From positions 1,984,001 to 2,048,000 of the forward strand of contig CBDCKW010000009.1 in assembly GCA_965218435.1 (NCBI GenBank): a stretch of 64,000 bases of DNA, given 5' to 3'. This DNA comes from Truepera sp. (lineage in GTDB: Bacteria; Deinococcota; Deinococci; Deinococcales; Trueperaceae). Position 1 is the first letter of the stretch, and each line of letters starts with the position of its first letter. The notes beneath the pieces were generated by a model, which did not search any database, was not told the DNA's origin, and was given only the letters and a program-made list of their open reading frames with translations. A program made the position numbers and the translations under genes. Shown one piece after another: positions 29,332 through 38,696 of the stretch.

Positions 29332-31250
29332 TGAACTGGTCACGGCTTGTGCGCAATCCGAAGTCGTTGATCGGCCTCTTTCTCCTACTCTTGTTCGTCG
29401 CCGTCGCGCTGTTAGCGCCGATCATCGCGCCGTACTCGCCCAAAGACACCTCATTTATCCCCTTCGACCTTGGCAGCGCCGCACACCCATTAGGAACGAC
29501 CGCGCTCGGTGAAGATGTGTTGTCACAACTGATCTGGGGCACACGCTTGTCGCTTTTGGTCGGGCTCTTGGCAGGAGCCATCGCCACGTTCGTCTCAGTT
29601 GTGATCGGGCTCGTGTCGGGCTACGCCGGGGGCGTTGTGGACGAGGTATTGTCAACCTTTACCAATATCTTTCTCGTGATTCCGCCTTTGGTGCTGCTGA
29701 TCTTGCTCGCCGCCTACATCAAAGTCGAGGGCGTTTTGCCGATCATTTTCGTGATTGCCTTAACGGGTTGGGCGTGGGGCGCACGGGTCTTGCGAGCACA
29801 GACCTTGACCCTCCGTAACCGCGATTTTGTCGAGGCGGCTCGAGTTGTCGGTGAGGGGGGCGGGCGGATTGTTTTTGCTGAAATCTTGCCGAATATGCTT
29901 TCACTTATCGCCGCTAACTTTTTTGGGGCGGCGCTCTTTGCGGTCTTGAGCGAGGCGGGGCTCGAGTTCCTCGGGCTCGGCGACGTAGGCATTGTCACCT
30001 GGGGCACGATGCTCTACTGGGCGCAGACCAACCAAGCCTTTTTACTCAATCAGTGGGCGTGGATGATCGCGCCGGGGCTCTGTATCGCACTTCTCGGCAC
30101 GTCGTTTGCGCTCTTAAACTTCGCCATTGACGAGATCACCAACCCCAAACTGCGGACGCCGCAGGTTAAACGAGTAGTGCCGCCGGTTTTGCAACCTGCA
30201 GCAGGACGGCTGAGCGCCGCGAACGCCTCTGAGAACGTGCTCGAGGTTCGTGACTTCAGCGCCGGGTACGCGCTACCCGGAAGCACCGTGCAAGCAGTCA
30301 GAAACGTTGACCTGACCCTAAAACGCGGCGAGTTTTTAGGCATCGCCGGGGAATCGGGCTGCGGCAAATCAACCTTGGCGTTCGGCGTCGCGCAGCTTTT
30401 GCAGCCGCCCGGACGCGTGTTAGAAGGTGAAGTCTGGTTGGGTGAGCAGGATTTGGTCCGGCTGAGCGCACCCGAACTGCGGCGTCTGCGCTGGCGCGAC
30501 TTTTCCATCGTCTTTCAAGCCTCAATGAACGTCTTAAACCCGGTGATGAAAGTGCGGGACCAGATTTACGACGCCATCCGCGCCCACCAGAAGACCAATG
30601 ACGCGGCCCTCGACAAACGCGCCCACGAACTCTTTTCACTTATAGACATTGAACCGGGTTATCTGGACGCTTATCCGCACCAGCTCTCAGGTGGGATGAA
30701 ACAGCGCGCGGTGATTGCGATTGCACTGGCCTTAGAGCCCGACCTCATCATCATGGACGAACCGACGACTGCGCTCGATGTGGTGGTACAGCGCACGCTC
30801 TTACAAGAGATTGACACGATTCGCCGCGAACTCGGTATCGCCGTAATTTTTATTACCCACGACTTGTCGCTTTTGGTTGAAATCAGTGATAGTGTCGCCA
30901 TCATGTACGCGGGTCAGATTATCGAACGCTCGCCCTCGCGCGACCTTTACCGCGCCCCGCTCCACCCCTACACGCAGGGGCTGATGCACGCCTTTCCGCC
31001 GCTCGTAGGCTCACGGGAACGGCGGAGCGGTATCCCCGGCAAACCACCCGAACTGCGCGACCCGCCGCCGGGGTGCCCCTTTTACGCCCGCTGCCCCATG
31101 CGGATGGACGGGCTTTGCAATACGGTGACGCCACCCCTCCAAAAGGCGCTGCCCGAGCACGAGGTCGCGTGTCACCTCTACGACGAGGCGCTCCTAGCGG
31201 CACACGACAAGCTCGGCGAACTCGTGCAACCTGGGGAGCTAAGCGTATGA
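29331..31250 (+). CDS. fused ABC permease-ATPase (DppC-DppD)
   Basis: HPLGTT..G.D and EAA loop in the N-half; GESGCGKS, LSGGMKQR and GCPFYARC in the C-half. Confidence 0.9.
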   Translation: MNWSRLVRNPKSLIGLFLLLLFVAVALLAPIIAPYSPKDTSFIPFDLGSAAHPLGTTALGEDVLSQLIWGTRLSLLVGLLAGAIATFVSVVIGLVSGYAGGVVDEVLSTFTNIFLVIPPLVLLILLAAYIKVEGVLPIIFVIALTGWAWGARVLRAQTLTLRNRDFVEAARVVGEGGGRIVFAEILPNMLSLIAANFFGAALFAVLSEAGLEFLGLGDVGIVTWGTMLYWAQTNQAFLLNQWAWMIAPGLCIALLGTSFALLNFAIDEITNPKLRTPQVKRVVPPVLQPAAGRLSAANASENVLEVRDFSAGYALPGSTVQAVRNVDLTLKRGEFLGIAGESGCGKSTLAFGVAQLLQPPGRVLEGEVWLGEQDLVRLSAPELRRLRWRDFSIVFQASMNVLNPVMKVRDQIYDAIRAHQKTNDAALDKRAHELFSLIDIEPGYLDAYPHQLSGGMKQRAVIAIALALEPDLIIMDEPTTALDVVVQRTLLQEIDTIRRELGIAVIFITHDLSLLVEISDSVAIMYAGQIIERSPSRDLYRAPLHPYTQGLMHAFPPLVGSRERRSGIPGKPPELRDPPPGCPFYARCPMRMDGLCNTVTPPLQKALPEHEVACHLYDEALLAAHDKLGELVQPGELSV

Positions 31251-31366
31251 CTATCTGCACGAGCAGAACCCTCGTCGGGCTTCAGACGAACATCTGCACT
31301 AGCAGAACCCCACGTACTAGGGCCACTAGGCCCGTCCTCGTGGACGTACTAGAGGGCTTCAGATGA
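31247..31366 (+). CDS. 39-aa bridging mini-ORF with an internal duplication
   Basis: MTICTSRTLVGLQTNICTSRTPRTRATRPVLVDVLEGFR; ATGA overlaps at both ends. Confidence 0.4.
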   Translation: MTICTSRTLVGLQTNICTSRTPRTRATRPVLVDVLEGFR

Positions 31367-32442
31367 CAGTTACTGTAACTAAAACACCCGATACCCCTAC
31401 TACCGACGCGCCGGTCTTTGTCACGGAGGGGCTCGAGAAGACCTTCAAAGTCGGCGGCCTGTGGCGCTCGCGCGACGTGCCCGCCGTTCGGGGGATTGAC
31501 CTAAAGATCGGTCGGCGTGAGGTTTTGGGCTTGGTCGGCGAGTCAGGCTCGGGCAAATCTACCGTCGCGCGGCTGATCGCCAAACTCTACGCGCCGACGG
31601 GCGGTACCATGACGCTCACCGGCGAAGAAATTCCAGCAAATCTTCGTGGGCGCGACCTGCTCGCCTATCGGCGGCGCGTGCAGATGATCTTTCAAGACCC
31701 GTTTTCGTCTTTGAATACGGTCTATCCGGTGTCGCACATTTTACGCCGTCCGCTGCTCGTTCACGGTCTAGCGACGCAGCGAGACGCCCGCGACAAGGTC
31801 AAGGTGCTGCTCGAGCGGTGTGGCCTTAAACCGGCGGACCGTTATCTCGACAAGTATCCTTACGAACTCTCAGGTGGCGAGCGGCAACGCGTCGGGATTG
31901 CGCGGGCGCTAGCCCCACAACCCGAGCTGATCTTAGCCGACGAACCGACCTCGATGCTCGACGTTTCGATTCGCCTCGACGTGATGAACCTGCTGTTAGA
32001 CCTGAAAGAACAGGAGGGCTTGTCGCTCTTATTTATCACCCACGACCTCGCCGGGGCGCACTACATGAGTGACCGAATCGCGGTGATGTACGCAGGCAGG
32101 CTGATGGAGGTTGGACCGTCTACGGCGCTGATCCGCGCACCCAAACATCCGTACACGCAGCTCTTAAAACGGGCTGCGCCGAAACCGGAAACGGGGCTCG
32201 AGCCCGACCCGATTGAGGCCAAAGGCGAAGTTCCCGACCTCACCGCGTTGCCGCCGGGCTGCCCCTTTGAACCGCGCTGCCCCTTTGCGCATGACCGCTG
32301 CCGCGAACGCCTCCCCGACTTAGTCGAAACCGAGCCCGGTCATCCCACGAGTCCGCTGGCCCGCTGTGTGCTCTACTACCCGGACGCCGCTGCTAGAGAA
32401 CCGGAGCGCGTGGCGCAGGTCAAGCAGGCCGCGCAGGTATGA
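31363..32442 (+). CDS. ABC ATPase (DppF-like)
   Basis: GESGSGKS, LSGGERQR, HPYT and GCPFEPRC. Confidence 0.92.
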   Translation: MTVTVTKTPDTPTTDAPVFVTEGLEKTFKVGGLWRSRDVPAVRGIDLKIGRREVLGLVGESGSGKSTVARLIAKLYAPTGGTMTLTGEEIPANLRGRDLLAYRRRVQMIFQDPFSSLNTVYPVSHILRRPLLVHGLATQRDARDKVKVLLERCGLKPADRYLDKYPYELSGGERQRVGIARALAPQPELILADEPTSMLDVSIRLDVMNLLLDLKEQEGLSLLFITHDLAGAHYMSDRIAVMYAGRLMEVGPSTALIRAPKHPYTQLLKRAAPKPETGLEPDPIEAKGEVPDLTALPPGCPFEPRCPFAHDRCRERLPDLVETEPGHPTSPLARCVLYYPDAAAREPERVAQVKQAAQV

Positions 32443-33260
32443 GCAGTGTCGGCGTTTCTGCCGGGACGCTCAGTCAGCTTTGGGTCTACCCGGTCAAGTC
32501 GGCAGCAGGGATAAAGCTGGAGTCGTCTAAGGTCGAACTTCGGGGGCTCGAGCACGACCGCCGCTGGATGGTGGTAGATGCGAACGGGCGGCTGGTGACG
32601 CAGCGCGAACGGCCCGAGTTGGCGCTGCTCACCCCGAGTTTTGCAGGTGAGACCCTGAGGCTGAAGGTGGGCGGAATGCCGGGGCTCGAGCTGCCCCTCG
32701 TTCCGGACCCCGGCGAGGCGCTGACGGTGATGATGTGGAAAGAACCGGTGAACGCTCAACTCGTCGGGGCGGCGACAGACTGGTTCAGCACCTTTTTGGG
32801 TGGCCCTTACCGGCTCGTCTATATGCCTGAAACAACCGTCCGCCTCTCCCCCGACCACGCGCCGAGCCCGGTCAGTTTTGTTGACGGCAATCCCTTTTTG
32901 CTCGTGTCTGAAGCGTCACTGGCCGACCTCAACGGACGGTTGACCGACCCCGTAGACATCCGTCACTTCCGGCCTAACTTGGTCGTCCGAGGGTGTGAAG
33001 CGTTCGCTGAAGACACCTGGGACACTCTACAGATTGGGGCACTCGAGCTGCGCCGTATCGGGCCGTGTATACGCTGTATGCTCGTCAACGTTGACCCGGA
33101 CAAAGGTGAGCGGCGCACGGAACCGCTAAGGACGCTCGCCCGTTACCGCCGGACGGGACAAGCGGTGCAGTTCGGCCAGAATTTCCGGCACGCGGTTAGG
33201 GCTCCCTTGGCAAGCTATCCGGTAATCTCTTGTGGTGACCCGGTTACCGTCAGAGCTTAG
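32439..33260 (+). CDS. MOSC domain protein
   Basis: YPVKS, DRRWM, FRPNLVV and CIRC. Confidence 0.9.
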   Translation: MSSVGVSAGTLSQLWVYPVKSAAGIKLESSKVELRGLEHDRRWMVVDANGRLVTQRERPELALLTPSFAGETLRLKVGGMPGLELPLVPDPGEALTVMMWKEPVNAQLVGAATDWFSTFLGGPYRLVYMPETTVRLSPDHAPSPVSFVDGNPFLLVSEASLADLNGRLTDPVDIRHFRPNLVVRGCEAFAEDTWDTLQIGALELRRIGPCIRCMLVNVDPDKGERRTEPLRTLARYRRTGQAVQFGQNFRHAVRAPLASYPVISCGDPVTVRA

Positions 33261-33391
33261 CCGACACGTGTCTCTTAAGTGTCGTGTCTTTTTTAGGCCG
33301 CAAGCCTTTCAGCGCGTAACCCACAGCTTTGCCGAACCAAAATACTCGGGCTCAGCTGGCTGCTCTAGCAGAACAGGTGGTAGGCTCAGCT

Positions 33392-33538
33392 ATGGGACCG
33401 AGAACCGTCAGTACACTCATCGGCGTAGTGATCGTCGTTGCCGGTATCTATATCACCTGGAAACTGCTTAAAGCCGTGGGTATCGCACTTATCGTCGTCG
33501 GTATTATTCTGATTGCGGCAAGGGTGTGGCGGCGGTAG
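33392..33538 (+). CDS. small 2-TM membrane protein
   Basis: Hydrophobic 48 aa; TAGGCT 5 nt before the ATG. Confidence 0.6.
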   Translation: MGPRTVSTLIGVVIVVAGIYITWKLLKAVGIALIVVGIILIAARVWRR

Positions 33539-33637
33539 CATCCTCTAAAACGCGCGGGCGAGTAAAGAGCGTGCGTCATCCCAAGCTAGTAGTCCAGGAC
33601 TATTTTTATAGCTACCGCTCTGTGCCTATAGTGCTGC

Positions 33638-33796
33638 ATGGACATTCTCAAAATTATCCTCGCCGTCGTGTTTCCGCCTCTAGGTGTGTTTTTAGAAGTG
33701 GGGTTTAGTGGGCAGTTCTTTCTCAACATCTTGTTAACGCTGCTGGGTTATATCCCGGGGATTGTCCACGCCGTGTGGATTATTTCCAGGCGGTAG
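33638..33796 (+). CDS. YqaE/Pmp3 family membrane protein (missed by the ORF track)
   Basis: MDILKIILAVVFPPLGVFLEVG...NILLTLLGYIPGIVHAVWII. Confidence 0.9.
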   Translation: MDILKIILAVVFPPLGVFLEVGFSGQFFLNILLTLLGYIPGIVHAVWIISRR

Positions 33797-34012
33797 CAGG
33801 GGGCTGCGTCACAAAGTTCACCCATGTTTGGCTCGGCCCAGTATAGAGATAGCAGGTATGATCCGGTCAGCGACGTCGGTCCACACCTTGCTGACCGGCA
33901 CGCACACTCTAAGACAGTGCTGGTGCCACTCTCTTGCGGAAATGCTGAGGGTAGAAAGCAGTTGGGACGGCCCGAAAATGGGGTAAACCCACGCGCCCCA
34001 AGTCTGTAAAGC

Positions 34013-34687
34013 GTGACTACATTTACACGTCAGCGACTCGTTACCGCCGTTGTGCTGATGGCGGTGGCGGGTTGTGTAGACGCTGTTGGCTATTTGCGCT
34101 TGGGGCAGCTTTTTGTGTCTTTTATGAGCGGGAACACGACCCGGCTGGGCGTGTTTGCCGCCCAAGCCGACGCAACGGGCGTGGTGCGGGCGGCGCTGCT
34201 CGTACTGCTTTTTGTCGCCGGGTCTTTTTGGGGTCACCTTATCACCCGGAGGCCGTCGCAACGCGGTTTTATCCTCGTCCTGGCGCTCGAGACCATCCTA
34301 ATTTTAAGTGTCCCGGTGCTCGAGCGGCTGCTCCCCTTTGGCCTGGAAAAGCCTTCTGAGAAGCCCTTTAGCGTCCTCGTCCTACCGCTCGTGCTGGCGA
34401 TGGGTATGCAAAACGCTTCTTTGCAACACGTCGGTTCACTGTCTGTCGGCACAACTTACGTGACCGGCACGCTCGCCCATCTAGGGGCGCAACTTGCAAA
34501 CCTCTTTACACCCGAGTGGCGAAGAGCCGTAAACCGTTCAGGGCTTTACGCGCTGCTGTGGCTGGGACTCGTCTTCGGCGCAGTGTGCGGCGGTCTACTC
34601 TACGGCCGCTTTGCGCTGGACGCTCTTTTGGCTCCTGGGGGCGTGTTGGCGCTGCTCTGTTTCGTCACCTGGGTTCGGCGCGCGTGA
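34013..34687 (+). CDS. YoaK / DUF1275 membrane protein
   Basis: AGCVDA, FVSFMSGNTT, AMGMQNA and TTYVTG. Confidence 0.88.
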   Translation: MTTFTRQRLVTAVVLMAVAGCVDAVGYLRLGQLFVSFMSGNTTRLGVFAAQADATGVVRAALLVLLFVAGSFWGHLITRRPSQRGFILVLALETILILSVPVLERLLPFGLEKPSEKPFSVLVLPLVLAMGMQNASLQHVGSLSVGTTYVTGTLAHLGAQLANLFTPEWRRAVNRSGLYALLWLGLVFGAVCGGLLYGRFALDALLAPGGVLALLCFVTWVRRA

Positions 34688-34908
34688 CTCCACTGCAGCA
34701 ACGTAACGTCTACAGGAAAACTAGGGTAGCGTGGCAAGCTGTAGGAAATTACGAATTGTAGGCTGGCTCCCTACTCTACAATTTCTTTACCTACGCAAAA
34801 ATGTACTTCTGTTTGCCCTCCAAGCACGTTATACTCGTGCGGGGCTCGCTCCTGAATTTGGGAACAGAACACTGTTTATGCTCGAGCGGGTACACTAGGA
34901 GATGATTC

Positions 34909-35808
34909 GTGACTCAAGAAACCGCGCCACTAAGCGTGTCGGTCGTTATTCCTGTTTACAACGAAATAGGGGCCATTCAAGAAACCGTTGACGACGTTGT
35001 GCGCCATATGGAAGACTCCGGCTTAACTTTCGAAATTATCCTGGTAGATGACGGCTCTTCTGACGGCTCCGGCGAAGTTATTGGAAAGCAAACCTCTGCC
35101 TGCGTTAAAAGCGTTCACCACAAAGTCAACCGGGGTTACGGCGCGGCCTTAAAGACGGGGCTCGAGCACGCCCGCTACGACCTGATTGCGATTACCGACG
35201 CCGACGGCACCTACCCGAACGAGCGGCTGCCCGGACTGATCCGCGCCCTCGGCGACGACGATATGCTCGTCGGGGCCAGGGTCGGCAAAAATGCTAAAAT
35301 CCCGGCAGTCCGTAAACCGGCCAAACAAGCCCTTAACCAGCTCGCCAACTACCTCTCAGAAACCGAGATTCCCGACCTCAATTCAGGCTTCCGGGTGATG
35401 CGTAAACCGATTGTCAAACGTTTTACCCATATCTTGCCCGACAGTTTTTCGTTTACCACGACGATTACGCTAGCGATGATTTCAGACGGGTATCAGGTCA
35501 AATACACCCCGATAGACTATTTTCACCGCGCCGGTAACTCGAAGATCAATCCGATCAAAGACACTTTGCGTTTTACTCAGCTTGTTATTCGCACGGTCAT
35601 GTACTTTAATCCATTGCGAATTTTTTTGCCGCTCAGTTTCGCACTTTTTCTAGCAGCAATCCTCGTTCTTATCTACAGGCTGATCACCGGTCAAGGACTA
35701 TTAATTTTCGGCATCATCTTGTTTGTGTCAGCGATTCAGGTTTTAACGACCGGGATGCTCGCCGACCTGATCGACAAGACCAATAGCAGGCACAGGGAGG
35801 TCAGATGA
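34909..35808 (+). CDS. GT2 polyprenol-phosphate glycosyltransferase-like
   Basis: VIPVYNE, VDDGSSD, NRGYGAA, DADG, DLNSGFR, two C-terminal TMs. Confidence 0.9.
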   Translation: MTQETAPLSVSVVIPVYNEIGAIQETVDDVVRHMEDSGLTFEIILVDDGSSDGSGEVIGKQTSACVKSVHHKVNRGYGAALKTGLEHARYDLIAITDADGTYPNERLPGLIRALGDDDMLVGARVGKNAKIPAVRKPAKQALNQLANYLSETEIPDLNSGFRVMRKPIVKRFTHILPDSFSFTTTITLAMISDGYQVKYTPIDYFHRAGNSKINPIKDTLRFTQLVIRTVMYFNPLRIFLPLSFALFLAAILVLIYRLITGQGLLIFGIILFVSAIQVLTTGMLADLIDKTNSRHREVR

Positions 35809-37550
35809 GCACTCAGACAAGTACGCAGACAAGTGCGCCTACAAGTAAGACCCCACAAAAAGGGTCTCTGCGGGACGTTTACGCGCAAAAAGCCTTGCAG
35901 CAGATTCCCAGGATTTTAAGCAACCAAGACCGCACCCCTTTTTCTCCCACCTACGGCTGCTTTCACCGCGACTACTGGCTCGATAAAACCTCGGACTTTC
36001 CCGACGCCGTGCGGCAGTTTGCCGTGCACGCTCTCGCGCTCGTTTATAAACACGAAATGCCCGGTAACCCCTATTACGGCAACGAAAAGGTGCGCGACTG
36101 GACCGTGGCGGGCCTGAACTTTTGGGCCGATATTCAGCACGCCGACGGGTCGTTTGACGAGTTCTACCCCTATGAGCGGGGGTGGGTCGGCCCTACGGCG
36201 TTTACCAGTTATACGACCATCGAGGCGCTTAACGTACTCGGCGACGAGGTGCCGCCGGATGTTCGCAAAAAGGTCACCGACGCCGTTCGCAAAGCCGCGC
36301 ACTTTATCGCCGCAGGTGAGTCCGAAGAGGACCACTTGGCCAACCACCACGCGATGGCCTGTTTAGCTGTGTGGAAAGCCTACGAACTGCTGGGCGACGA
36401 AGCTCTCAAAACGGGGTTTGAAAAGGTCTGGAACGACTTTTTAAGTTACCAGACCAAAGAAGGTTGGTCGGTCGAGTACGACGGTATTGACCCCGGTTAC
36501 CTCTCGGCGACGCTTTCATTTTTAGCTAAAATCTATCAGACCAACCCCGACCCCAGGCTGTTAGAGGTGATGCGCAGCTCCGCTGAGATGTGCAGCTACT
36601 TCGCCTATCCCAACCGGTTTTACGGGGGCAGCATGGGCAGCCGCAACACCTTGCACTTTTACTGTCACGGTTTTGAGGTCATGGCAGACGAGATTCCCAT
36701 CGCGGGCGCAGTAGCGGAGCATCTGCTCACCGGGCTCGCCGAAAATAAACTGGTGCCCCCCGAAATCATCTCAGATAGGTACCTCGTCTACCGGGTGCCG
36801 GAGTTTTTGCTGGCCTATCTGGACTACGCTGACAAGAAAAACCTGCCTGAGTTACCTTTTGAACGCCAGCCTTTTACCCAGTTTTTCCCTGAAGCCAAGG
36901 TATACGCCAAAAATGAGTCGGTTTATTACGCGCTCGCCAACCTCGCCAAAGGCGGCGTCGTCAAAGTTTTTGACAAAGAGAAGGACGGCACCTTGGTCTT
37001 TAACGACTGCGGGTTGATCGGCCGCTCGTCAGAAGGTAAAACCTTTACGAGTCAGTGGATTGACCCGCGTTTTGAGGTCACACAGTCTGAAAGCAGTGCC
37101 CAGGTCTCGGGTAAAGCGCAGTGGGTACCTTCGAACAGGGTTTTTAACCTCACCAAAAATCTGGCGTTTCGCGGCGTGTTGCTCGTTACCGGTTGGTCTC
37201 CCAGACTGTCTCACCTGCTCAAAGGGCGCATCCGGAAAACGCTGATGTTGGGGCAGCGCCCCGCGCCCATGTCGTTCGAGCGGCGGATCACGTTTGGCGA
37301 GAGTGAAGTAAAGCTCGAGGACACCCTGCGCCTAGAGGAAAACTTCGAGGTCGCGTCACTCTCGTACGGCGACGAGTTTTTTGTCCGTTACGTGCCGCAG
37401 TCGCGCTACTTTCAGAGCCAAGAACTCGGCGTCTCGGGCGTGGCCCTTACCCCGGAACAGCTCGCCGAACTCAACAAAACCCGGCAGTTTGTCCTCAGCC
37501 GAACCGTTCCTGTCGGAGCAGCTAACCCGAAAATGCGTGCCCCGGCATGA
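35805..37550 (+). CDS. uncharacterised 581-aa protein, predicted alpha-toroid plus beta domain
   Basis: QHADGSFDE, ANHH, QTKEGW.EYDG.DPGY and GSRNT motifs; ATGA-coupled to GT2. Confidence 0.7.
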   Translation: MSTQTSTQTSAPTSKTPQKGSLRDVYAQKALQQIPRILSNQDRTPFSPTYGCFHRDYWLDKTSDFPDAVRQFAVHALALVYKHEMPGNPYYGNEKVRDWTVAGLNFWADIQHADGSFDEFYPYERGWVGPTAFTSYTTIEALNVLGDEVPPDVRKKVTDAVRKAAHFIAAGESEEDHLANHHAMACLAVWKAYELLGDEALKTGFEKVWNDFLSYQTKEGWSVEYDGIDPGYLSATLSFLAKIYQTNPDPRLLEVMRSSAEMCSYFAYPNRFYGGSMGSRNTLHFYCHGFEVMADEIPIAGAVAEHLLTGLAENKLVPPEIISDRYLVYRVPEFLLAYLDYADKKNLPELPFERQPFTQFFPEAKVYAKNESVYYALANLAKGGVVKVFDKEKDGTLVFNDCGLIGRSSEGKTFTSQWIDPRFEVTQSESSAQVSGKAQWVPSNRVFNLTKNLAFRGVLLVTGWSPRLSHLLKGRIRKTLMLGQRPAPMSFERRITFGESEVKLEDTLRLEENFEVASLSYGDEFFVRYVPQSRYFQSQELGVSGVALTPEQLAELNKTRQFVLSRTVPVGAANPKMRAPA

Positions 37551-37721
37551 GCTGTCTAAGTTACAACACAAGTTATAACGTAAACTACAGCGGCAAGGTC
37601 AAACTGAGTTCTTTAGTACGGCGTTTTATAGTTTTGCTCGGGCACTTTGGCGCGCAGGCGCATCAGAAAAGAGTATGAATGATGTTTTTTGTGACAAGCT
37701 TGTTAAGTCTAGGTTGCTGCT

Positions 37722-38693
37722 GTGAAGCGTAGAGGGACGCGCGCGCTGTTAGGCGCTGTCAGCGTGCTGGTTTCGGGTGGCCTGATCGTCTGGCTGCTCA
37801 GCCGTATCAATCTAGCGCAAACCGCTCAGCTGCTCCTCCAGGCAGATTGGCGCTGGCTACTTTTAGCCTTACTGCTTACCTGCGCGCTCCCCTTTACCAG
37901 TGTGTACCGCTGGCTCGGGGTGCTGCGGGCACAGGCCACCCAGCTCCCCTTTCCGGTCGCCCTGCGCGCGGTCATGATGGCCAACGTGCTCAACAGCTTT
38001 TTGCCTTCAAAGTCGGGCGACGTCGCTAAGGCCGTCTATTTGCGCGAGTACGGCGGGCTCAGTAAGGGAACCGGGACGGTCATTTTAGAGCGTCTCGTAG
38101 ACTTAGGGGTGCTGGGCGCACTTGGACTTTTAGGGCTTTTGGTCAACGGTACGCTTTGGGGTCTGGTCGCCGGGGCCGGACTCTTAGGCGGCGTGCTGGT
38201 CGTCTTTTTGGTCATCACCTTGCTACCCGTAGAGAGGCTGCCGCTCCCCACCAAAGTCACGCACGTCTTAACCGACCTTCGCACCGTCTTTCGCAGTTGG
38301 GTGGGGCACCCCGCCGCCATTATGCAGACGCTCGTCGGCTCTATTTTAACCTGGTCACTTGGAGGGTTGACGGTTTACGCGTTGGCACAAGCGTTCGGCA
38401 CGGGTTTGGGCTTGGGGTTTGCCTACGCAATTTTCCCGCTGGCAATTTTAGCGGGGCTCGTCCCGGTAACCGTCAGCGGTATCGGCACACGCGACGCTGC
38501 GTTTGTGGCGCTCTTAAGTACGCAGATGACCAGCGAACAGGCCACACTCGTCGGCATCGGTTATACGCTTTTTGCCTACTGGTTTTTATCGCTGATCAGT
38601 TTCCCGGTCGTCGCCTGGCAGGTGCTCGCCTTTTTACGCGGTGAGCGTCCGGGTGAGGTTTCACCTAAGGCCGACGTGGTAGAGCCTTTATAA
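37722..38693 (+). CDS. lysylphosphatidylglycerol-synthase-TM / UPF0104 flippase-like protein
   Basis: YRW, NSFLPSKSGD..K, ERLVD and PVTVSGIGTRD. Confidence 0.85.
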   Translation: MKRRGTRALLGAVSVLVSGGLIVWLLSRINLAQTAQLLLQADWRWLLLALLLTCALPFTSVYRWLGVLRAQATQLPFPVALRAVMMANVLNSFLPSKSGDVAKAVYLREYGGLSKGTGTVILERLVDLGVLGALGLLGLLVNGTLWGLVAGAGLLGGVLVVFLVITLLPVERLPLPTKVTHVLTDLRTVFRSWVGHPAAIMQTLVGSILTWSLGGLTVYALAQAFGTGLGLGFAYAIFPLAILAGLVPVTVSGIGTRDAAFVALLSTQMTSEQATLVGIGYTLFAYWFLSLISFPVVAWQVLAFLRGERPGEVSPKADVVEPL

Positions 38694-38696
38694 GGT

